Positions 57,636 through 64,000 of a stretch of 64,000 bases of DNA are shown here, one piece after another. Positions within the stretch are counted from its first letter, which is position 1; the number at the start of each line of letters is the position of its first letter. A program made the position numbers and the translations under genes. Location: NCBI GenBank assembly GCA_937925475.1, contig CALEWH010000006.1, positions 15,490 to 79,489 on the forward strand, written 5' to 3'. The stretch comes from an uncultured Clostridia bacterium (GTDB lineage Bacteria > Bacillota > Clostridia > Christensenellales > UBA1242). The notes below the pieces were generated by a model. That model saw only the letters and a list, made by a program, of their open reading frames with translations, made no database searches and was not told the origin of the DNA.

Positions 57636-57664
57636 ATTATATAGCAATAAAAGACCTTTGTCAA
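57636..57664 (-). promoter_or_regulatory. Consensus sigma-A promoter of rpmF
   Basis: Reverse strand reads TTGACA (57664..57659), a 17-nt spacer, then TATAAT (57641..57636). Confidence 0.6.
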
Positions 57665-57695
57665 TTATAAAATAAAACTATTTGGTCAATTTTCA

Positions 57696-58901
57696 CTATT
57701 TATTTTTTCTTGATTTAACAATTTTTTCTGTTTCTTTGGCGATTACATATTCTTCATCAGTAGGAATAACAAATGTACGAACTTTTGAGCCCTTAGCAGT
57801 GATTTCGGCAATTTCGTCTCTACCTACTGCGTAGTTTTTCTTATTATCAACCTTCCATCCAAAGAAGCCCATATTTTTAGATACCATCTCTCTTACTTCT
57901 GGTGTATGCTCGCCTACGCCTGCTGTAAATACAACTGCGTCTAGTCCGCCCATTGCTGCTGTATATGCACCAATGTATTTTTTAATGCGATATGCATACA
58001 TATTTAGCGACAACTCGATATCTGGGTCGCCTCTAAGTTCTAGGATCTCACGCATATCCGACGCCTTGCCGTTTACGCCGATAAGGCCGCTTTCTTTATT
58101 GAATATTTTCAAAACTTCGCTTACTGATTTGCCTTCTTTCTTGCAGATAAACTCAACAACTGCTGGGTCAATATCGCCCGAACGAGTGTTCATCATAATG
58201 CCTTCAAGTGGTGTAAATCCCATCGAAGTATCTATGCTCTTTCCGCCGTCAACAGCAGTGATTGAAGCACCGCTTCCGATGTGACAAGTGATGATTTTAA
58301 GGTCTTTGATGTCCTTGCCCATCACGCGAGCACATTCGTTTGCAACAAAGTAGTGGCTAGTTCCGTGAGCGCCATATCTTCTAATGGCGTACTCTTCATA
58401 ATATCTTTTAGGAATAGCATATCTATACGCATAATCTGGAAGAGTTTTGTGGAAACCAATATCAAATACAGCGACATTTGGGATTTCGCTACTTACAGCC
58501 ATAGCACCTTCCATACCTGCGATTGCACCTGGGACATGCAATGGTGAGAAGTCTACGCGGGTTTTAAAGTCTTCAAGAACTTCTTTTGTAACCAAGATAG
58601 GGTCAAAATATTTGTCGCCTACATTAACTACGCGGTGACCAAACGCCTTAATGTCTTTAATATCCTTAACAACACCTACTTCGCTATCAGTAAGTTTTGC
58701 AAGAACCAAAGTCATTGCTTGTGCGTGATTGTCGATAGGGTCATTGACAATAACTTCTTTTCCGTTTGCTTTATAGCGCAAGAAGGATTTGCCTTCGCCA
58801 ATGCGTTCGACATTGCCCTTTGCAAGAACTTTTGCACTTGTAGTTTCTAGTAGTTGGAATTTTAATGTACTACTTCCAGCATTAATAACTAGTATTTTCA
58901 T
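57696..58901 (-). CDS. ackA: Acetate kinase
   Basis: 401 aa with KILVINAGSSTLKFQL, HRVVNVG and AHGTSH. Confidence 0.97.
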   Translation of the reverse strand: MKILVINAGSSTLKFQLLETTSAKVLAKGNVERIGEGKSFLRYKANGKEVIVNDPIDNHAQAMTLVLAKLTDSEVGVVKDIKDIKAFGHRVVNVGDKYFDPILVTKEVLEDFKTRVDFSPLHVPGAIAGMEGAMAVSSEIPNVAVFDIGFHKTLPDYAYRYAIPKRYYEEYAIRRYGAHGTSHYFVANECARVMGKDIKDLKIITCHIGSGASITAVDGGKSIDTSMGFTPLEGIMMNTRSGDIDPAVVEFICKKEGKSVSEVLKIFNKESGLIGVNGKASDMREILELRGDPDIELSLNMYAYRIKKYIGAYTAAMGGLDAVVFTAGVGEHTPEVREMVSKNMGFFGWKVDNKKNYAVGRDEIAEITAKGSKVRTFVIPTDEEYVIAKETEKIVKSRKNK

Positions 58902-58911
58902 ATAATCTCCT

Positions 58912-59916
58912 TTAATTTAAAGTATTTTTACTTTGCAAAACTGTTATGGCTATTGTTGTAATAATTTCGCTCACACTTGCACCACGGCTTAGGTCATTGA
59001 CAGGTTTGTTTAGTCCTTGTACAATCGGACCTATCGCCTTGTATCCGCCAAACCTTTGCATTATCTTGTATCCTATGTTTCCGCTACTAAGGTCGGGGAA
59101 TATTAGCACATTTGCTTTTCCAGCAACTTTTGACTTTGGGCACTTTACTTTCGCAACATCGCCACATATTGCACTGTCTAATTGTAACTCGCCATCGTAC
59201 ATAAAGTCAAGGGATTTGGAGTTCATAATCTCAACAGTTTTGCGGATTTTATCTGCGCTCTCACCCACGCCACTGCCCTTTGTCGAATACGACAACATCG
59301 CAACTAATGGGTTTTTGCCGACAAAAGTGCGAAAACTATTTGCGCTGTCTATGGCTATATCGGCAAGTTCGGCACTTGTAGGGTTTTCCATAATGGCACA
59401 GTCGCTACACAAATATGTTTTGCCTTCTCCATTTGGAATCATTATGAAAAAGCTTGACGCCTTTTTGCCCGGCTTGCATTTAATGATTTGAAAAGCGGGC
59501 TTGAATGTGTCCTTTGATGGCACACAGATGCCCGAAACACTGCCATCTACAAGTCCTAGTTCGACCATCATTGTAGCAAAATACAAGGGACTTTTAAGTG
59601 CCAACTTCGCTTCATCTAGCGTCATTCCTTTGTCTTTACGCTTTATATACAAGCCATTTACAAGTAGTGGCAACATCTCGTGTGTGTTTATGTTTACGAC
59701 ACGCACATTTGAATACTTTGAAAGGTCGTATTTTTTTAAGTCATTATCGTTTTGCACCAAAAATACTATGTCGCAGATTTTGTTTTCAGCTACATACAGC
59801 CCTGCCTCAACTATTTTGTCGCTCATATACGCCTCAGGCAAAACTATCGTGCTTTTGCATTTTTTAGCAAGGTTTAGCCACTTGATTTCTTGTGCCGAAA
59901 ACTCGTAATTTACCAT
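58912..59916 (-). CDS. pta: Phosphate acetyltransferase (short form)
   Basis: ORF 58912..59949 trimmed to ATG 59916, which has an AAAGGGGTGG RBS. It contains a PTA_PTB pattern (LSYSTKGSG, IFPDLSSGNIGYKI, GPIVQGLNKPVNDLSRG). Confidence 0.92.
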   Translation of the reverse strand: MVNYEFSAQEIKWLNLAKKCKSTIVLPEAYMSDKIVEAGLYVAENKICDIVFLVQNDNDLKKYDLSKYSNVRVVNINTHEMLPLLVNGLYIKRKDKGMTLDEAKLALKSPLYFATMMVELGLVDGSVSGICVPSKDTFKPAFQIIKCKPGKKASSFFIMIPNGEGKTYLCSDCAIMENPTSAELADIAIDSANSFRTFVGKNPLVAMLSYSTKGSGVGESADKIRKTVEIMNSKSLDFMYDGELQLDSAICGDVAKVKCPKSKVAGKANVLIFPDLSSGNIGYKIMQRFGGYKAIGPIVQGLNKPVNDLSRGASVSEIITTIAITVLQSKNTLN

Positions 59917-59943
59917 AAATCCACCCCTTTTGACAAAAAGTAT

Positions 59944-59972
59944 TTGCAAGTAAGCAAAAACTATTATATAAT
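59944..59972 (+). promoter_or_regulatory. Sigma-A promoter of tmcAL
   Basis: The plus strand reads TTGCAA (59944..59949), a 17-nt spacer, then TATAAT (59967..59972). Confidence 0.5.
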
Positions 59973-60030
59973 GTCTTTACTGAAATATAATACTATAATT
60001 AATACACTTTGTAAAACGATTGGGTGAAAT

Positions 60031-61284
60031 ATGAATTTATGTGCAATTATTTGTGAATACAATCCTTTACACTACGGGCATTTGTATCACATACAAAAAT
60101 CAAAAGAACTTAGCAATGCAGACGGCATACTATGTATCCTTAGCGGAAACTTTACACAAAGGGGCGAACCTACTGTTTGCAACAAATATGTTAGAGCGAC
60201 AATGGCACTTGAAGCAGGAGCAGACATAGTAGTGCAAATGCCGACCGCATATGCGTGTTCGTCAGCAGAGATATTTGCCTTAGCGGGAGTAAAGATCGCA
60301 AACTCTTTTAAGAATGTAACTCACCTATCTTTTGGCTGTGAGACTCAAAACTACGAATTGCTAAAAGAGATAGCACATTATCTTGCGACCGAACCTAAGG
60401 AATACAAGGAAGCGCTATCACACTTTATAGATGAAGGAAACAGTGTTGTGGTTAGCCGACAAAAGGCCATCGAACAACTTATAAAAGAAAGTAAGGTCGA
60501 GTTTAGCGAAATCACCGAGACCATCAACATTTTGCAAAAGCCAAACAATATTCTTGCAATCGAGTATCTAAAAGCACTTTACAAGACAAACAGCAAAATC
60601 GAGCCAGTTTTTGTAAATCGTGGATGTAGCGAATATCACAGTGACGAAGTTAATGGCAAAGACACAAGCGCAACAGCAATAAGATGTCTACTATCTGACA
60701 ATCCAAAAACAAGGTCAATCAAAAAATATATGCCAAAGTTTTCGTACGCTAGACTACACAAGGAAATCAAAACATACGGTCTTCCTGACAACGACCTATT
60801 TAGCGACCTATGTATGTACAAAATGAAAACAAGTTCGGCTGAGCAAATCCGCGAGTTGTACGATGTCAACGAAGGACTAGAAAACCGCTTTGTAGAAAGT
60901 GCGCGTGATATAAAAGACCTAAACTCACTACTACTAGATGTTAAGTCAAAACGCTATACATACACTCGCCTAAAACGCATTGTTTTGCGTCAACTACTTG
61001 ATATCAAGAAAGACACAATCGAGAAAATTTACAGCGTAAACAAACTTCCTTATATAAAAGTCTTGGGATTTAGGAGCGACCGCGAAGACCTACTTAGAGA
61101 AGTCGATGCGGACACAAATTTGATTATCAGAAACAACAACATTGTCGGCAATCCATCTGCTTATTTTAAAGACCTTACAAGCATTGAAGACCGAGCAAAC
61201 GCTGTCTACAATTTGCTTTTGAAAAAATCAAAAGAAGTGCCAAAATACTCTCCTGACCTTCTTACTAAGACAATTAAGTTATAA
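60031..61284 (+). CDS. tmcAL: tRNA(Met) cytidine acetate ligase TmcAL (YlbM, UPF0348 nucleotidyltransferase)
   Basis: 417 aa with N-terminus ICEYNPLHYGHLYHI (HxGH nucleotidyltransferase). It neighbours ylbJ- and ylbK-like genes, as in Bacillus. Confidence 0.85.
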   Translation: MNLCAIICEYNPLHYGHLYHIQKSKELSNADGILCILSGNFTQRGEPTVCNKYVRATMALEAGADIVVQMPTAYACSSAEIFALAGVKIANSFKNVTHLSFGCETQNYELLKEIAHYLATEPKEYKEALSHFIDEGNSVVVSRQKAIEQLIKESKVEFSEITETINILQKPNNILAIEYLKALYKTNSKIEPVFVNRGCSEYHSDEVNGKDTSATAIRCLLSDNPKTRSIKKYMPKFSYARLHKEIKTYGLPDNDLFSDLCMYKMKTSSAEQIRELYDVNEGLENRFVESARDIKDLNSLLLDVKSKRYTYTRLKRIVLRQLLDIKKDTIEKIYSVNKLPYIKVLGFRSDREDLLREVDADTNLIIRNNNIVGNPSAYFKDLTSIEDRANAVYNLLLKKSKEVPKYSPDLLTKTIKL

Positions 61285-61290
61285 CAAAAA

Positions 61291-61316
61291 AATCGCTAGA
61301 TATAGCGATTTTTTTA
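61291..61316. terminator. Terminator after tmcAL (symmetrical A/T flanks)
   Basis: ATCGCTA-gata-TAGCGAT is flanked by AAAAAAA upstream and TTTTTTT downstream. Confidence 0.7.
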
Positions 61317-61446
61317 TTGTTTGAATAGCACATCGATTTTCTTTAAAATGTGTCAAAGTTTGTAATCTCTACTTGATACAATATCACACGCGACACGATT
61401 TTTTTATTGCAAACACTACAAGTGTTTTCTTTACAAAATTGCTTTA

Positions 61447-62241
61447 CTATCCACTAAAATTTTCGATTAGTTCTTTGATTTTTGGGAGTTGTTTTTCGCA
61501 CGCAACACGACCTTCATGGATTAGTTTTTCGGCGACTTCTTTATCGAAAACATATTGCTTGTTTTCAGGAATATTTGGAGTGATTTTCACATTGTAAAAC
61601 TTGTGCATATTCTTTTGGCTTTGTTGTTGGGAAATAAGCCACGATTGAACCAATATGCCAAGTGCTGTGCGTGGAAGAACATTGAAAACGCTCGACCCCA
61701 CCACATCGACGGCGATAACAATATCTGCACCCATTTTTCGTGCGTGTTCGTGTGGGAGATTGTTTTTGACGCCACCATCGACAAGAGTCATATTTTCATA
61801 CTTCACTGGCACAAATATCCCCGGAACGCTCATACTTGCTCTGACGGCCTTTAGCATATTACCCTTTTCAAAAAGCACTTCTTCACCTGTTTGGATATTG
61901 ACCGCATTGCACGCAAAACGGATAGGCAGGTCTTCAATGTTTTTGTCCTTTGGTATCCCCTTTTCAAGCAGTCTAACCACTCTACTTCCCGAGATAAGAC
62001 CACGAATGCCTAAGTGCAAGTCAACAAGGTGGCGAGTTTTGATTGTTAAAGCAAACTTTTCTAGACTTTCAGCGCTTGCCCCATTACACCAAAACGCACC
62101 AACAACAGCACCCATACTTGTGCCCACAATAATGTCTACTGGAATGTTGTTTTCTTTAAGCACATCTAGCACTCCGATGTGAGCAAATCCTAGTGCTCCA
62201 CCACCGCCAAGTGCAACCCCTATTATTGGTCTTTTTCTCAT
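61447..62241 (-). CDS. Patatin-like phospholipase (YlbK-like)
   Basis: 264 aa with the oxyanion GGGALGFAHIGV, the nucleophile GTSMGA and the catalytic DGG. Confidence 0.9.
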   Translation of the reverse strand: MRKRPIIGVALGGGGALGFAHIGVLDVLKENNIPVDIIVGTSMGAVVGAFWCNGASAESLEKFALTIKTRHLVDLHLGIRGLISGSRVVRLLEKGIPKDKNIEDLPIRFACNAVNIQTGEEVLFEKGNMLKAVRASMSVPGIFVPVKYENMTLVDGGVKNNLPHEHARKMGADIVIAVDVVGSSVFNVLPRTALGILVQSWLISQQQSQKNMHKFYNVKITPNIPENKQYVFDKEVAEKLIHEGRVACEKQLPKIKELIENFSG

Positions 62242-62300
62242 ATCTCTACCTCTATTTTAATATAATATAGCACAACAAATAATTAATTTGAAAGGACTTT

Positions 62301-63281
62301 ATGATAAAAATAAAAAAATTGTTTAGTGCTAAAAAAATCACAATATTATTGATACTTTTACTCATTGTTTGCGTGTGTATCAGTTCGACCAAAAGCATTG
62401 ACGCTTGCACACAAGGGCTTGTTGTTTGGGCGTCAAGGCTACTTCCAGCCCTTTTCCCATTTTTCTTTTTGACACGACTATTTGCACTACTTGGCGGAGT
62501 CGACATCTTTGAAAAAATGTTGTCGCCAACAACCAAGTTTTTGTACAACACCGACGGCAAATCGGGATATGTTTTTGCGATGAGCCTTCTCTCCGGATAT
62601 CCAGTAAGTGCAAAACTCATTGCCGACCTTTATCTCGACGGCAAGATGACGCGCGGACAGGCATATCGCACGCTAACATTCTCATCGACAAGTGGCCCAC
62701 TTTTTGTCATAACCACTGTGGGCATTGGAATGTTTGGGAGCGCAAAACTAGGACTTATGGTGATGTGTGTGCACATTGTTGGGAGTATGCTAAACGGGCT
62801 TATATATCGCAGATATAAAATAAATGACGATACAAAATTGACTCAGTCGACATCTCAAAACACCACAAATATATTGGCGGACGCAATGACCAGTAGCATA
62901 AACAGCATACTTTTAATTGGCGGATTTGTGTGTTTTTTCTTCGTGATCATAACCTTGCTACACGACTACAATGTTTTTGCTCCGCTAAGCAATGTGATTT
63001 CAAATTTATTTAATGCAAACAGCCAAATTGTCGACTCAACTCTACACGGAATTGTGGAAATCACAAAAGGTGCGATTGACCTTAGCGCTTGTGTCACATC
63101 ACCCAAAACCGCACTCATTCTACTAAGCACTATTGTATCTTGGGGCGGAATTTCTATCAATCTACAATCACTTGCGTTTTTGAAAAAAATGGAGTTTTCT
63201 ACAAGTTTTTATTTCCTATCAAAACTCACCCAAACCCTAACTACTCTACTTGTGTCATTTGTATTTTGTCTATTTATATAA
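62301..63281 (+). CDS. ylbJ: Nucleoside-recognition (Gate) domain membrane protein, YlbJ-like sporulation integral membrane protein
   Basis: 326-aa polytopic protein with QGLVVWASRLLPALFPFFFLTRL. Synteny with ylbK-like and ylbM-like genes supports the call. Confidence 0.7.
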   Translation: MIKIKKLFSAKKITILLILLLIVCVCISSTKSIDACTQGLVVWASRLLPALFPFFFLTRLFALLGGVDIFEKMLSPTTKFLYNTDGKSGYVFAMSLLSGYPVSAKLIADLYLDGKMTRGQAYRTLTFSSTSGPLFVITTVGIGMFGSAKLGLMVMCVHIVGSMLNGLIYRRYKINDDTKLTQSTSQNTTNILADAMTSSINSILLIGGFVCFFFVIITLLHDYNVFAPLSNVISNLFNANSQIVDSTLHGIVEITKGAIDLSACVTSPKTALILLSTIVSWGGISINLQSLAFLKKMEFSTSFYFLSKLTQTLTTLLVSFVFCLFI

Positions 63282-63288
63282 TTTATAT

Positions 63289-63319
63289 AAAAAACACACC
63301 TTATTTGGTGTGTCTTTTT
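63289..63319. terminator. Bidirectional terminator between convergent genes
   Basis: ACACACC-ttattt-GGTGTGT is flanked by an A-run and a T-run. It overlaps the stop of the minus-strand gene. Confidence 0.65.
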
Positions 63320-64000
63320 AATAGTAAAATGCAACCAGACTCTCTTTAAAGTCCGAATAATATGGTCTAAGTTGTTTTACATTGCCGATAAGATGTTCGA
63401 GCGGAATGACTAGCGCATTTAGAATTTTGATGTTTTCAATTTTGATTGCTTCAAATATGCCCTTGATTACAATGACAACTTCTTCGCGAGTTTCTTCTCT
63501 AAGTCGTGGCTCTTTGGTGACTGCTGAGTAAAGTTGGTTTAGAGCACGCATAAGATTGGCGTACAATATCTTGTTGTTTGGCTCACTCTCGTGTTTTGGC
63601 TCGCTTTCAAGCCCATCCATAACAATTTGATTTGACTCGACTTCTTCGCTAAATATTTTTATTGGCTCGCCATCTTCGGTGATTTGCAAAATGTTTAGAA
63701 AAGAGTTTTTGAAAGGAACAAGCACATTGATAGCAAAATTGCTATAACTAATGTTGTATCCTTCGGTGCTATAAAAATTTTCGTTTACAAAACTTTGCAA
63801 GTTCATTTTGCCCTTGTCGACTTCAAGCAGAAGACAAAAAACTAGCGCGATTATCTTTTTCTCGTCGCTTGGCAAAACAAAGTATCCCCCATTAACTTTA
63901 TTCCCCACTTTCGCATTAAGAAGTTCGGTGCGGAAATTAAATCCAACCATACACTTTGCAACAACATCATATAGCACAGTACTATTGGCAATAGCGGTCA
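63318..64000 (-). CDS. Hypothetical protein, probably 5'-truncated by the window edge
   Basis: ORF track entry 63318..63977 (its first codon is GTG), but the frame stays open to position 64000. I recognise no motif. It has an acidic central stretch (ESEPKHESEPNN). Confidence 0.6.
   Translation of the reverse strand, partial: TAIANSTVLYDVVAKCMVGFNFRTELLNAKVGNKVNGGYFVLPSDEKKIIALVFCLLLEVDKGKMNLQSFVNENFYSTEGYNISYSNFAINVLVPFKNSFLNILQITEDGEPIKIFSEEVESNQIVMDGLESEPKHESEPNNKILYANLMRALNQLYSAVTKEPRLREETREEVVIVIKGIFEAIKIENIKILNALVIPLEHLIGNVKQLRPYYSDFKESLVAFYY

Noticed and set aside
61373-61597. Plus-strand 74-aa ORF, and a small hairpin AAACACT-aca-AGTGTTT (61411..61428) between tmcAL and the patatin gene.
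   Set aside because: The ORF mostly overlaps the patatin gene's 3' end and has no RBS. The hairpin is only 7 bp and A/T-rich, and its T-rich flank is on the wrong strand for terminating the patatin gene, so I left it uncalled.
1-64000. Scanned by eye for CRISPR arrays, tRNA/rRNA genes, IS or transposase ends, integrases, toxin-antitoxin pairs, defence-island-like gene clusters and alternative genetic code use.
   Set aside because: I found none. Every intergenic region over 100 bp is explained by promoters and terminators, apart from the spacers listed as findings. All three stop codons terminate family-length proteins, so standard code 11 fits. A covariance-model scan would be needed to exclude small ncRNAs.

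Overview
Core chromosome of a low-GC, endospore-forming Firmicute. I call about 71 protein genes, and all but two are on the minus strand. They are tightly packed, with many 1-40 nt overlaps and ATGA stop/start couplings. The order is collinear with two conserved Firmicute blocks. Block (i): pta-ackA-rpmF-plsX-rnc-smc-ftsY-ylxM-ffh-rpsP-khpA-rimM-trmD-rbgA-rnhB-yraN-rplS, comM-dprA-topA-trmFO-hslVU, hisS-tcdA-trxA-iscRSU-ruvX, rpsB-tsf-frr-uppS-cdsA-rseP-[polC slot]-rimP-nusA-ylxR-ylxQ-infB-rbfA-nrnA-truB. Block (ii): spoIIIAA-AH-asp23-nusB-xseAB-proS-argR-recN-spoIVB-[spo0A slot]. I recognised no rRNA, tRNA, CRISPR array, transposase, integrase or phage-like gene. I see no multi-gene candidate for a new defence or mobile system, so this is mostly an ordinary housekeeping region. 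The points worth a second look are where the conserved synteny is broken. (1) The polC slot holds a 516-aa protein with a PolC-like N-terminal domain, OB fold and DEDDh exonuclease, but no PHP or polymerase domains. (2) An AT-rich orphan gene for a 529-aa membrane-anchored protein, with its own promoter and terminator, sits where pyrH normally lies between tsf and frr. (3) An ABC half-transporter whose ATPase motifs are all degenerate is inserted between rpmF and plsX. (4) The slots normally holding acpP/fab, dxr and dxs/ispA are empty or re-used, while plsX, cdsA and uppS remain. (5) IscU carries a lysine-rich tail of about 140 aa. (6) The gene in the spo0A slot has a non-canonical N-terminus and 0A-box-like repeats upstream. 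Several consensus sigma-A promoters, ARG boxes at argR and many intrinsic terminators were read directly from the sequence. All functional calls rest on motif recognition by eye and on synteny; no searches were run.
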